The notes under the pieces are model-generated. The model searched no databases and was not told the DNA's origin. It saw nothing but the letters and a program-made list of their open reading frames with translations. The position numbers and the translations under genes are program-made. Below are positions 19,605 through 37,300 of a stretch of DNA of 64,000 bases, in pieces (position 1 is the stretch's first letter; every line of letters starts with the position of its first letter). Origin of the DNA: the human T2T-CHM13v2.0 reference genome, Homo sapiens; assembly GCF_009914755.1 (NCBI RefSeq), contig NC_060948.1. One strand, 5' to 3'.

Positions 19605-21725
19605 AGATCCATATTTTTTAAATGAAAAAAAATTTCAAAGGTACTCTGCTTGGTACAATAATCAAATGTATAAACTGAGGAATAAAACATAACCATGAAA
19701 CCTACTTATAACTGCATATGGAAAATACAGAGGATAATTTTTTAAATAACATATTTTGAAAGCCTTAACTAGTAATTTGAAGAGTTGGCATTTGAAAGGC
19801 CAGTATGAATATACCTTCAAAGCAGCAACACAGGTTCCCCATGAGAAAAAGCAAACACAGGGAAAATAAAAACACAAAGGTTCAATCTCTTCTGACCTTT
19901 GAAAGACACAGCACAGACAGTGGTCCTTAGGACGAAGAGCAGGAGACCCCTAATTCCGTCACCATGGCGATAGGGCATAAACATTGCTGGGTGAGGGCAC
20001 AATCCACATTGTGAGGTCCAACTGCTGCCAGGAAGACAGGAGTGCTTTTACATAGACCGAAAGGTCATTGAAGGCTCAGAGTTTTGTTTCAAGAACTGAA
20101 TCCCAAGCCCACACGTTATTAGGCTGCGCTTCTTAAAACAAGTTATGAGATGGGAAAAAGGGCACCCACAAACATACGTATACATTATGTATATAATAAT
20201 ATACAGTATCATATATATAATATATATAACCTATGTATAATATTGTTTTACATCCTGCATCTTATGTTATATATATTGTATAAAATATAATAATTGATAA
20301 TATATAAGTTTTATAAATATACAATATGACATATAGTATATATTATAATTTATGACATATATAATATATGTTATATGTCATATATAGAATATATTATACG
20401 GTTAATATGCGTATTAAATATAAATTATACATTATATATATTATATATAATATATCTGTTATATATAATACCCATTATGCATAATATATATATTATGTCT
20501 ATGTTATATATAGTATAAAACAACATATAATAATATATAATTGTATATATAAAATGCGACATATAATATATATTATATTTTATAACATATGTAATATATA
20601 TTATATATAATACGTTGTATGTATAATACCTATATTAAATATATATTATATGACTATGTTATTAATTACATGTCACATGTGTTATATATTATATATTTTA
20701 CATAGAATATACCGGTTACATACAATATAAACTATGTTACCTATAATGTATAATTTATTACATGTAAAATAAAGAACGCAATATATTATGTATAATTTAT
20801 AATATACAATATGTGGAATGTGATATATGTAACATATAATATATGACATATGATATACAGTATATGATATATAACATACAATATATGATTCCTAATATAT
20901 ATGGTATACAATATATATTTTATGATATGTATTCTATATGTTTTATATTCTGTTATATATAACTATTTGAAATTATATATAACTGTGTAATATTTTATGT
21001 AAATATGAAATATAATATATATAACTATATAATATATTATATATAACTATATATTATGTTATATATACTTTTATAACATAATTTACATAAAATATCATAA
21101 TATAATATATATTATATTATTTCATATTACATAATATATATTACATATCACCCAATATAACTAACATACATAATATTATAATATATATTATATTATGTTA
21201 TATTAAATATCATATATATCATGTATCATATATTCTATAATATATATTACACATTATATAATATGTATGTTGTCTATTATGTGATATATATAACTATATA
21301 TATAATTATATTTTTATACATATAACTAGATAAACATGTAATTTTACATATTTTCATTTATAATATGTAGAATTATATAATCATATATAATTATTTATAT
21401 TCTATAAAAAATTTTATCATTATATAAATTATAATATATAAAAATTATAATATGTACTACAAATATATATATTATATATCATATATGATATAGTACCTTT
21501 GTTATATATCATAATACATATAAATGTGTATTATGTTATCTATAATTATATAATTTCATATATAAGATGTATAATATGTATCATATATTATATATGTTAT
21601 GTAATATATATAGTATATATAAGATGACACAGGATAAATATTATATACTATGACATATAAAATATATGAGGTTATATGTTACATATAAGGCATAGCACAT
21701 AACATGTAATATATATCATATATAA

Positions 21726-22017
21726 TTTTTTTTTAGACAGAATCTTGTCCTGTTGCACAGGGTGAGGTACAATGGCGCCATCTTTGCTCACTGCAACTTC
21801 TGCCTCACGGGTCCAAGCGATTGTCCTCCCTCAGCCTCCCAGGTAGCTGGGACTACACCACACTGGGACTACACCAGCTGCCACCATGCCTAGCTAATTT
21901 TTTGGATTTTTAGTAGTGACAGCGTTTCACTGTATTGGCCAGGATGGTCTTGATCTCTTCACCTTGTGATCCCCTTGCCTTGGCCTCCAAATTTGCTGGG
22001 ATTACAGGCCTGAGCCA
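21726..22017 (-). mobile_element. Decayed Alu, DYZ2 unit 10
   Basis: Tandem copy sharing gtgAggtac with unit 4. Confidence 0.93.
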
Positions 22018-24119
22018 AGATCCATATTTTTTAAATGAAAAAAAATTTCAAAGGTACTCTGCTTGGTACAATAATCAAATGTATAAACTGAGGAATAAAA
22101 CATAACCATGAAACCTACTTATAACTGCATATGGAAAATACAGAGGATAATTTTTTAAATAACATATTTTGAAAGCCTTAACTAGTAATTTGAAGAGTTG
22201 GCATTTGAAAGGCCAGTATGAATATACCTTCAAAGCAGCAACACAGGTTCCCCATGAGAAAAAGCAAACACAGGGAAAATAAAAACACAAAGGTTCAATC
22301 TCTTCTGACCTTTGAAAGACACAGCACAGACAGTGGTCCTTAGGACGAAGAGCAGGAGACCCCTAATTCCGTCACCATGGCGATAGGGCATAAACATTGC
22401 TGGGTGAGGGCACAATCCACATTGTGAGGTCCAACTGCTGCCAGGAAGACAGGAGTGCTTTTACATAGACCGAAAGGTCATTGAAGGCTCAGAGTTTTGT
22501 TTCAAGAACTGAATCCCAAGCCCACACGTTATTAGGCTGCGCTTCTTAAAACAAGTTATGAGATGGGAAAAAGGGCACCCACAAACATACGTATACATTA
22601 TGTATATAATAATATACAGTATCATATATATAATATATATAACCTATGTATAATATTGTTTTACATCCTGCATCTTATGTTATATATATTGTATAAAATA
22701 TAATAATTGATAATATATAAGTTTTATAATTATACAATATGACATATAGTATATATTATAATTTATGACATATATAATATATGTTATATATCATATATAG
22801 AATATATTATACGGTTAATATACGTATTAAATATAAATTATACATTATATATATTATATATAATATATCTGTTATATATAATACCCATTATGCATAATAT
22901 ATATATTATGTCTATGTTATATATAGTATAAAACAACATATAATAATATATAATTGTATATATAAAATGCGACATATAATATATATTATATTTTATAACA
23001 TATGTAATATATATTATATATTATATATAATACGTTGTATGTATAATACCTATATTAAATATATATTATATGACTATGTTATTAATTACATGTCACATGT
23101 GTTATATATTATATATTTTACGTAGAATATACCGGTTACATACAATATATACTATGTTACCTATAATGTATAATTTATTACATGTAAAATAAAGAATGCA
23201 ATATATTATGTATAATTTATAATATAGAATATGTGGAATGTGATATATATAACATATAATATACCATATATGATATACAGTATATGATATATAACATACA
23301 ATATATGATTCCTAATATATATGGTATACAATATATATTTTATGATATGTATTCTATATGTTTTATATTCTGTTATATATAACTATTTGAAATTATATAT
23401 AACTGTATAATATTTTATGTAAATATGTAATATAATATATATAACTATATAATATATTATATATAACTATATATTATGTTATATATACTTTTATAACATA
23501 ATTTACATAAAATATCATAATATAATATATATTATATTATTTCATATTACATAATATATATTACATATCACCCAATATAACTAACATACATAATATTATA
23601 ATATAGATTATATTGTGTTATATTAAATATCATATATATCATGTATCATATATTCTATAATATATATTACACATTATATAATATGTATGTTGTCTATTAT
23701 GTGATATATATAACTATATATATAATTATATTTTTATACATATAACTAGATAAACATGTAATTCTACATATTTTCATTTAAAATATGTAGAATTATATAA
23801 TCATATATAATTATTTATATTCTATAAAAAATTTTATCATTATATAAATTATAATATATAAAAATTATATATACTACAAATATATATATTATATATCATA
23901 TATGATATAGTACCTTTGTTATATATCATAATACATATAAATGTGTATTATGTTATCTATAATTATATAATTTCATATATAAGATGTATAATATGTATCA
24001 TATATTATATATGTTATGTAATATATATAGTATATATAAGATGACACAGGATAAATATTATATACTATGACATATAAAATATATGAGGTTATATGTTACA
24101 TATAAGGCATAGCACATAA

Positions 24120-24434
<315 letters not shown>

Positions 24435-26561
24435 AGATCCATATTTTTTAAATGAAAAAAAATTTCAAAGGTACTCTGCTTGGTACAATAATCAAATGTA
24501 TAAACTGAGGAATAAAACATAACCATGAAACCTACTTATAACTGCATATGGAAAATACAGAGGATAATTTTTTAAATAACATATTTTGAAAGCCTTAAGT
24601 AGTAATTTGAAGAGTTGGCATTTGAAAGGCCAGTATGAATATACCTTCAAAGCAGCAACACATGTTCCCCATGAGAAAAAGCAAACACAGGGAAAATAAA
24701 AACACAAAGGTTCAATCTCTTCTGACCTTTGAAAGACACAGCACAGACAGTGGTCCTTAGGACGAAGAGCAGGAGACCCCTAATTCCGTCACCATGGCGA
24801 TAGGGCATAAACATTGCTGGGTGAGGGCACAATCCACATTGTGAGGTCCAACTGCTGCCAGGAAGACAGGAGTGCTTTTACATAGACCGAAAGGTCATTG
24901 AAGGCTCAGAGTTTTGTTTCAAGAACTGAATCCCAAGCCCACACGTTATTAGGCTGCGCTTCTTAAAACAAGTTATGAGATGGGAAAAAGGGCACCCACA
25001 AACATACGTATACATTATGTATATAATAATATACAGTATCATATATATAATATATATAACCTATGTATAATATTGTTTTACATCCTGCATCTTATGTTAT
25101 ATATATTATATAAAATATAATAATTGATAATATATAATTTTGTATTTATACAATATGACATATAGTATATATTATAATTTATGACATATATAATATATGT
25201 TATATATCATATATAGAATATATTATACGGTTAATATACGTATTAAATATAAATTATACATTATATATATTATATATAATATATCTGTTATATATAATAC
25301 CCATTATGCATAATATATATGTTATGTCTATGTTATATATAGTATAAAACAACATATAATAATATATAATTGTTTATATAAAATGCGACATATAATATAT
25401 ATTTTATTTTATGACATATGTAATATATATTATATATTATATATAAAACGTTGTATGTATAATACCTATATTAAATATATATTATATGACTATGTTATTA
25501 ATTACATGTCACATGTGTTATATATTATATATTTTACATAGAATATACCGGTTACATACAATATATACTATGTTACCTATAATGTATAATTGATTACATG
25601 TAAAATAAAGAATGCAATATATTATGAATAATTTATAATATACAATATGTGGAATGTGATATATATAACATATAATATATGATATATGATATACAGTACA
25701 TGATATATAACATACAATATATGATACCTAATATATATTGTATACAATATATATTTTATGATATGTATTCTATATGTTTTATATTCTGTTGTATATAACT
25801 ATTTGAAATTATATATAACTGTATAATATTTTATGTAAATATGTAATATAATATATATAACTATATAATATATTATATATAACTATATATTATGTTATAT
25901 ATACTTTTATAACATAATTTACATAAAATATCATAATATAATATATAATATATTATTTCATATTACATAATATATCTTACATATCACCCAATATAAGTAA
26001 CATACTTAATATTATAATATAGATTATATTATGTTATATTAAATATCATATATATCATGTATCATATATTCTATAATATATATTATACATTATATAATAT
26101 GTATGTTGTCTATTATGTGATATATATAACTATATATATAAATTTATTATTATACATATAACTGGATAAACATGTAATTCTACATATTTTCATTTATAAT
26201 ATATAGAAATATATAATCATATATAATTATTTATATTCTATAAAAAATTATATCATTATATAAATTATAATATATAAAAATTATTATATGTACTACAAAT
26301 ATATATATTATATATCATATATGATATAGTACCTTTGTTATATATCATAATACATATAAATGTGTATTATGTTATCTATAATTATATAATTTCATATATA
26401 AGATGTATAATATGTATTATTTATTATATATGTTATGTAATATATATAGTATATATAAGCTGACACAGGATAAATATTATATACTATGATATATAAAATA
26501 TATGAGGTTATATGTTACATATAAGGCATAGCACATAACATGTAATATATATCATATATAA

Positions 26562-28320
<1,759 letters not shown>

Positions 28321-28326
<6 letters not shown>

Positions 28327-28350
28327 TGGATTCCTTTGGAATGGTCTAGT
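28321..28350. other. DYZ2/DYZ1 array junction
   Basis: ...ccataatatatcat-a-tggattcctttggaatggtctagt... The left side aligns to DYZ2 (acataaaatatcata) and the right side to DYZ1 (atggactcgtttggaatggtctagt, e.g. ~31105). Confidence 0.9.
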
Positions 28351-31300
28351 ATGCAATGCAATCGACTGGCAGGGAATTAAAAGGAATGCAATCGAATGGA
28401 TTGCACAGGAATGCAATGGACTCGAATAGATTGGAAACAGAATGCAAAGGAATGGAATGGAATAGTATGGAATGGAATGGAAAGGAATGGAGTGGAATAG
28501 ACTAGAGTAGAATGGAATTTACTCGAAAGCAATGGACTGGAATAGAACTTTCTTGAATGGGCTGGAATCAAACGGAATGGAATGCTGTGCAATCAAATAG
28601 AATGAAAGAGAATCAAATCCAATCGAATGGATTGGAAAGGAATTGACTGAAATGGAATGGACTAGAATGGAAGGCAAAGGAATGGAATCTATAGGAATGG
28701 ACTGTAATGGAATGGAATGGAAGGGATTGGAATGGAATCGAATGGAATGGACTGCAATAGAAAGGATTCGAATGGAATGAAAAAGAATTGAATGGAATAG
28801 AACAGAATGGAATCAAATCGAATGAAATGGAATGGAATAGAAAGGATTCGAATGGAATGCAATCGAACGGAATGGAATCGAACGGAATGGAATAAAATGG
28901 AAGAAAACTGGCAAGAAATGGAATCGAAATGAATGGAGTGTTATGGAACGGACTCAAAAGGAATTGAATGTAATAGAATGGAGTGGAGTGGACTCGAATA
29001 TAATGGACTGGAATGGAATGAAATCACATGGAATGGGAACGAATGGAATGGAATGGAAAGGAATGGAATCGAATGGAAAGGAATCGAATGGAAGGGAATG
29101 AAATTGAATCAACAGGAATGGAAGGGAATAGAATAGACGGTAATGGAATGGACTCGAATAGAATGGACACGAATGCTCAAATTGAATGGACTCGAATGGA
29201 ATGGAAACGAAAGGAATGTCATCGAATGTAATTGAATCGATTGGAATGAAATCGCATAGAATGGAGTGGAATCAAATGGAATTGAGTCGAAAGGAAAGGA
29301 AGCGAATGGACTGAAATGAAATGGAATGGAATTGAATGGAAAGTAATGCAATGGAATAGAATGGAACGAAATTTCACGGAATGGAATCAAACTGAATGGA
29401 ATCAAATCAATGGAATCAAATCAAATGGAATGGAAAGGAATTGAATGGAGTAGATGGCATTGGATGGGATTGGAATGAAATGTACTGGAAAGAACTCGAA
29501 TTTCATGAAACGGAATGGAATGAATTGGAACGGAATGGACTCGAATGGAATGGAATGTCATGGAATGGCATCAAATGGAATGGCATCAAATGGAATGGAA
29601 TCGAATGCAATGGAATGCTATGGAATGGAATGGAATGCATTGGAATGGAATGTCCTCTAATGGAATGGATTCGAGTGGAATGGAATCGAATATAATGGAG
29701 TCGAATGAAATGGAATTGAAAGGAATGGGACCGAATACAATGGAATATACTGGAATGTAATGTAATGAACTCGAATGTAATTGACTGCAATGGAATGTAC
29801 ATGAATGGAATGTAATCGAATGGAAAGTAATCCAATGGAATAGAATCTAATGCAATAAAATCGACTCAAATAGAATAGAATGTAATGGAATGGAGTGCAG
29901 TGCAATGGAATGGAATGGAATGGAATGCAGAGGAATGGAATGGAATGGAATGCAATGGAATGGAATGTATTAGAATGTAATGAACATTAATGGAATGTAC
30001 TCGAATGGATTCGACTGGAATGGAATGTTCTGGAAGTTTATGGACTCCAATGGAATAGATTCGAAAGGAATGGTATCGAACGGAATGGAATCTAATGGAA
30101 TGGAATTAAATGGAAATGAATCAAATTGAATAGCACGGAATTGAATTGAATGGAATAGAATGCAATGTAATCTAATGAAACAGAAAGGAAAGGAATGGAA
30201 TGGAATGGAATGGGCTGGAATGGAATGGAATCGAAACGAATGGAATGGAATCGAACTAAAGAGACTGGAATGGAATGCACTGGAATGGAAGGGAGTGTAA
30301 TGGAAGGTTCTCGAAAAAAATGGAATCGAATGGAATGGAATTGAATGGAACGGAATAGAGTTGAATGGAATTGAATGGAATGGAATGGACTAGAGTGAAA
30401 TGGAATCGAACCACAAGGAATGGACAGGAATAGAATGGTCTCGAATTGAATGGAATCGTATGGAATGGCATCAAACGGAATGGAATGGACAGCCACGGAA
30501 TGGAATGCACTCGAATGCAATGGAGTCGAAACTAATGGACTGGAATAGAATGGACTCGACTGGTACGGACTCCAATGGAATGGAATCGAATGGAAGGGAA
30601 TCGAACGGAATGGACTCGAAGGGAAAAGACTGCAATGGAAAGGTCTCGAATGGAATGGAAATTAATGGAATGGAATGGAATCGAATGAAGTGGAGTCAAA
30701 AGGAATGGAATCGAATGGCAAGAAATCGAATGTAATGGAATCGCAAGGAATTGATGTGAACGGAACGGAATGGAATGGAATCCAAAGGAATGGAATAGAA
30801 TGGAATGGAATCAAATGGAAAGGACTCGAATGGAAATCACTCGAATAGAATGCAATTTAATAAAATAGGATCAAATGTAATGGAATGGAATGGAAAGGAA
30901 TCGAAACGAAAGGAATGGAGACAGATGGAATGGAATGGAACAGAGAGCAATGGTATAGAATGGAATGGAATCATCTGGAATGGAATTGAATGGAATGCAA
31001 TAACATGAAATGGAATGGAATGGAATGGAATGCCCTTGAATTAAATGGACAGGAATGGAATGGACTCGAACAGAGTGTAATGGAAAGTGTTGAAATAGAA
31101 TGGAATGGACTCGTTTGGAATGGTCTAGTATGCAATGCAATCGACTGGCAGGGAATCAAAAGGAATGTAATCGAATGGATTGGACTGGAATGCAATGGAC
31201 TCGAATAGATTGGAAACGGAATGCAAAGGAATGGAATGGAATAGTATGGAATGGAATGGAAAGGAATGGAGTGGAATAGACTAGAGTGGAATGGAATGGA

Positions 31301-34300
31301 CTCAAAAGCAATGGACTGGAATGGAACTTTCTTGAATGGACTGGAATCAAACGGAATGGAATGCAATGCAATCAAATGGCATGGAATAAAATAGAATGAA
31401 AGAGAATCAAATGGAATTGAATGGAATGGAATCGAATGGATTGGAAAGGAATAGAATGGAATGGAATGGAATTGACTCAAATGGAATGGAATAGAATGGA
31501 ATGGATTCGAATGGAAGGCAAAGGAATGGAATCTATTGGAATGGACTGTAATGGAATGGAATGGAAGGGATTGGAATGGACTCGAATGGAATGGACTGCA
31601 ATAGAAAGGATTCGAATGGAATGAAAAAGAATTGAATGGAATAGAACAGAATGGAATCAAATCGAATGAAATGGAATGGAATAGAAAGGAATGGAATGAA
31701 ATGGAATGGAAAGGATTCGAATGGAATGCAATCGAATGGAATGGAATCGAACGGAATGGAATAAAATGGAAGAAAACTGGCAAGAAATGGAATCGAAATG
31801 AATGGAGTGTTATGGAACGGACTCAAAAGGAATTGAATGTAATAGAATGGAGTGGAGTGGACTCGAATATAATGGACTAGAATGGAATGAAATCACATGG
31901 AATGGGAACGAATGGAATGGAATGGAAAGGAATGGAATCGAATGGAAAGGAATGGAATGGAAGGGAATGAAACTGAATCAACAGGAATGGACTGGAGTAG
32001 AATAGACGGTAATGGAATGGACTCGAATAGAATGGACACGAATGCACAAATTGAATGGACTCGAATGGAATGGAAACGAAAGGAATGTCATCGAATGGAA
32101 TTGAATCGATTGGAATGAAATCGCATAGAATGGAGTGGAATCAAATGGAATTGAATCGAAAGGAAAGGAAGCGAATGGACTGAAATGGAATGGAATTGAA
32201 TGGAAAGTAATGCAATGGAATAGAATGGAATGAAATTTCACGGAATGGAATCAAACTGAATGGAATGAAATCAATGGAATATAATCAAATGGAATGGAAA
32301 GGAATTGAATGGAGTAGATTGGATTGGATGGGATTGGAATGAAATGGAATGGAAAGGACTCGAATTTCATGAAACGGAATGGAATGAATTGGAACGGAAT
32401 GGACTCGAATGGAATAGAATGTCATGGAATTGCATCAAATGGAATGGCATCAAAGGGAATGGAATCGAATGCAATGGAATGCTATGGAATGGAATGGAAT
32501 GCATTGGAATGGAATGTCCTCTAATGGAATGGATTCGAGTGGAATGGAATCGAATATAATGGAGTCGAATGAAATGGAATTGAAAGGAATGGGATCGAAT
32601 ACAATGGAATATACTGGAATGTAACGTAATGAACTCGAATGTAATTGACTGGAATGGAATGTACACGAATGGAATGTAATCGAATGGAAAGTAATCCAAT
32701 GGAATAGAATCTAATGCAAAAAAATCGACTCAAATAGAATAGAATGCAATGGAATGGAGTGCAGTGCAATGGAATGGAATGGAATGGAATGCAATGGAAT
32801 GGAATGGAATGGAATGGAATGCAATGGGATGGAATGGTATGGAATGGATAGTAATGGACTGGAGTGAAATGGACTGGAAAGGAATGGACTCAAATTGAAA
32901 GGTCTCGAAAGGAATGGAGTCAAATGGAATGGTCTGGAATGGAATGAACACGAATGTAATGCAATCCAATAGAATGGAATCGAATGGCATGGAATATAAA
33001 GAAATGGAATCGAAGAGAATGGAAACAAATGGAATGGAATTGAATGGAATGGAATTGAATGGAATGGGAACGAATGGAGTGAAATTGTATGCAGTAGAAG
33101 AGAATAGAATGGAATGCAAGCGAAAGGAAAGGAATGGATTGGAATGGAATGGAATTCATTGGAATGGAAGGGAATGTAGTGTAATGGACAGGCCTGGAAT
33201 AAAGTGGAATGCTACGGTCTCGAATGGAATAAAAATGTATGGAATGGAATGCAATGAAACGGAATCGAATGTCATAGAATGTAATGGAATGCAAAAAAAT
33301 GGAATCCAAAATCATTGACTGGAAAGGCTGGGTGTCGAAAGGAATTGACTCCAATGGAATGGAATCGAATGGAATGGAAGTGAATAGAATCGAACTAAAT
33401 CGAATGGAATGGAATTGATAGGAACGGAATGGAAAGGAATGCAATGATTTGGCATGGAATGGAATCGAATGGCATCGAATGGAATGGAATGGAATGCAAT
33501 GGAATGGAATGTATTAGAATGTAATGAACTTGAATGGAATGTACTCGAATGGATTCGACTGGAATGGAATGTTCTGGAAGTGAATGGACTCCAATGGAAT
33601 GGATTCAAAAGGAATGGAATCGTACGGAATGGAATCTAATGGAATGGAATTAAATGGAAATGAATCAAATTGAATAGCACGGAATTGAATTGAATGGAAT
33701 GGAATGCAATGGAATCTAATGAAACGGAAATGAAAGGAATGGAATGGAATGGAATGGGCTGGAATGGAAAGGAATCGAAACGAATGGAATGGAATCGAAC
33801 TGAAGAGACTGGAATGGAATGCACTGGAATGGAAGGGAGTGTAATGGAAGGTTCTCGAAAAAAATGGAATCGAATGGAATGGAATTGAATGGAACGGAAT
33901 AGAGTCGAATGGAATTGAATGGAATGGAATGGACTAGAGTGAAATGGAATCGAACCACAAGGAATGGACAGGAATAGAATGGTCTCGAATTGAATGGAAT
34001 CGTATGGAATGGCATCAAACGGAATGGAATGGACAGCCACGGAATGGAATGCACTCGAATGCAATGGAGTCGAAACTAATGGACTGGAATAGAATGGACT
34101 CGACTGGTACGGACTCCAATGGAATGGAATCGAATGGAAGGGAATCGAACGGAAGGGAATCGAACGGAATGGACTCGAAGGGAAAAGACTGCAATGGAAA
34201 GGTCTCGAATGGAATGGAAATTAATGGAATGGAATGGAATCGAATGAAATGGAGTCAAAAGGAATGGAATCGAATGGCAAGAAATCGAATGTAATGGAAT

Positions 34301-37300
34301 CGCAAGGAATTGATGTGAACGGAACGGAATGGAATGGAATCCAAAGGAATGGAATAGAATGGAATGGAATCGAATGGAAAGGACTCGAATGGAAATCACT
34401 CGAATAGAATGCAATTTAATAAAATAGGATCAAATGTAATGGAATGGAATGGAAAGGAATCGAAACGAAAGGAATGGAGACAGATGGAATGGAATGGAAC
34501 AGAGAGCAATGGTATAGAATGGAATGGAATCATCTGGAATGGAATTGAATGGAATGGAATAATATGAAATGGAATGGAATGGAATGGAATGCCCTTGAAT
34601 TAAATGGACTGGAATGGAATGGACTCGAACAGAGTGGAATGGAAAGTGTTGAAATAGAATGGAATGGACTCGTTTGGAATGGTCTAGTATGCAATGCAAT
34701 AGACTGGCAGGGAATCAAAAGGAATGTAATCGAATGGATTGGACTGGAATGCAATGGACTCGAATAGATTGGAAACGGAAAGCAAAGGAATGGAATGGAA
34801 TAGTATGGAATGGAATGCAAAGGAATGGAGTGGAATAGACTAGAGTGGAATGGAATGGACTCGAAAGCAATGGACTGGAATGGAACTTTCTTGAATGGAC
34901 TGGAATCAAACGGAATGGAATGCAATGCAATCAAATGGCATGGAATAAAATAGAATGAAAGAGAATCAAATGGAATTGAATCGAATGGAATCGAATGGAT
35001 TGGAAAGGAATAGAATGGAATGGAATGGAATTGACTCAAATGGAATGGACTAGAATGGAATGGATTCGAATGGAAGGCAAAGGAATGGAATCTATTGGAA
35101 TGGACTGTAATGGAATGGAATGGAAGGGATTGGAATGGACTCGAATGGAATGGAGTGCAGTAGAAAGGATTCGAATGGAATGAAAAAGAATTGAATGGAA
35201 TAGAACAGAATGGAATCAAATCGAATGAAATGGAATGGAATAGAAAGGAATGGAATGAAATGGAATGGAAAGGATTCGAATGGAATGCAATCGAATGTAA
35301 TGAAATCGAATGGAATGGAATCGAACGGAATGGAATAAAATGGAAGAAAACTGGCAAGAAATGGAATCGAAATGAATGGAGTGTTATGGAACGGACTCAA
35401 AAGGAATTGAATGTAATGGAATGGAGTGGAGTGGACTCGAATATAATGGACTAGAATGGAATGAAATCACATGGAATGGGAACGAATGGAATGGAATGGA
35501 AAGGAATGGAATCGAATGGAAAGGAATCGAATGGAAGGGAATGAAATTGAATCAACAGGAATGGAAGGGAGTAGAATAGACGGTAATGGAATGGACTCGA
35601 ATAGAATGGACACGAATGCTCAAATTGAATGGACTCGAATGGAATGGCAACGAAAGGAATGTCATCGAATGGAATTGAATCGATTGGAATGAAATCACAT
35701 AGAATGGAGTGGAATCAAATGGAATTGAATCGAAAGGAAAGGAAGCGAATGGACTGAAATGAAATGGAATGGAATTGAATGGAAATTAATGCAATGGAAT
35801 AGAATGGAACGAAATTTCACGGAATGGAATCAAACTGAATGGAATCAAATCAATGGAATATAATCAAATGGAATGGAAAGGAATTGAATGGAGTAGATTG
35901 GATTGGATGGGATTGGAATGAAATGTACTGGAAAGGACTCGAATTTCATGAAACGGAATGGAATGAATTAGAACGGAATGGACTCGAATGGAATGGAATG
36001 TCATGGAATGGCATCAAATGGAATGGAATCGAATGCGATGGAATGCTATGGAATGGAATGGAATGCATTGGAGTGGAATGTCCTCTAATGGAATGTATTC
36101 GAGTGGAATGGAATCGAATATAATGGAGTCGAATGAAATGGAATTGAAAGGAATGGGACCGAATACAATGGAATATACTGGAATGTAATGTAATGAACTC
36201 GAATGTAATTGACTGGAATGGAATGTACATGAATGGAATGTAATCGAATGGAAAGCAATCCAATGGAATAGAATCTAATGCAATAAAATCGACTCAAATA
36301 GAGTAGAATGTAATGGAATGGAGTGCAGTGCAATGGAATGGAATGGAATGGAATGCAATGTAATGGAATGGAATGGAATGGGATGGAATGGTATGGAATG
36401 GATAGTAATGGACTGGAGTGAAATGGACTGGAAAAGAATGGACTCAAATTGAAAGGGCTCGAAAGGAATGGAGTCAAATGGAATGGTCTGGAATGGAATG
36501 AACACGAATGTAATGCAATCCAATAGAATGGAATCGAATGGCATGGAATATAAAGAAATGGAATCGAAGAGAATGGAAACAAATGGAATGGAATTGAATG
36601 GAATGGAATTGAATGGAATGGGAACGAATGGAATGAAATTGTATGCAGTAGAAGAGAATAGAATGGAATGCAAGCGAAAGGAAAGGAATGGATTGGAATG
36701 GAATGGAATTCATTGGAATGGAAGGGAATGTAGTGTAATGGACAGGCCTGGAATAAAGTGGAATGCTACGGTCTCGAATGGAATAAAAATGTATGGAACG
36801 GAATGCAATGAAACGGAATCGAATGTCATAGAATGTAATGGAATGCAAAAAAATGGACTCCAAAATCATTGACTGGAAAGGCTGGGTGTCGAAAGGAATT
36901 GACTCCAATGGAATGGAATCGAATGGAATGGAAGTGAATAGAATGGAACTAAATCGAATGGAATGGAATTGATAGGAACGGAATGGAAAGGAATGCAATG
37001 ATTTGGCATGGAATGGAATCGAATGGCATCGAATGGAATGGAATGGAATGCAATGGAACGGAATGTATTAGAATGTAATGAACTTTAATGGAATGTACTC
37101 GAATGGATTCGACTGGAATGGAATGTTCTCGAAGTGAATGGACTCCAATGGAATGGATTCGAAAGGAATGGAATCTAATGGAATGGAATTAAATGGAAAT
37201 GAATCAAATTGAATAGAACGGAATTGAATTGAATGGAATCGAATGCAATGGAATCTAATGAAACGGAAAGGAAAGGAATGGAATGGATTGGAATGGAATG

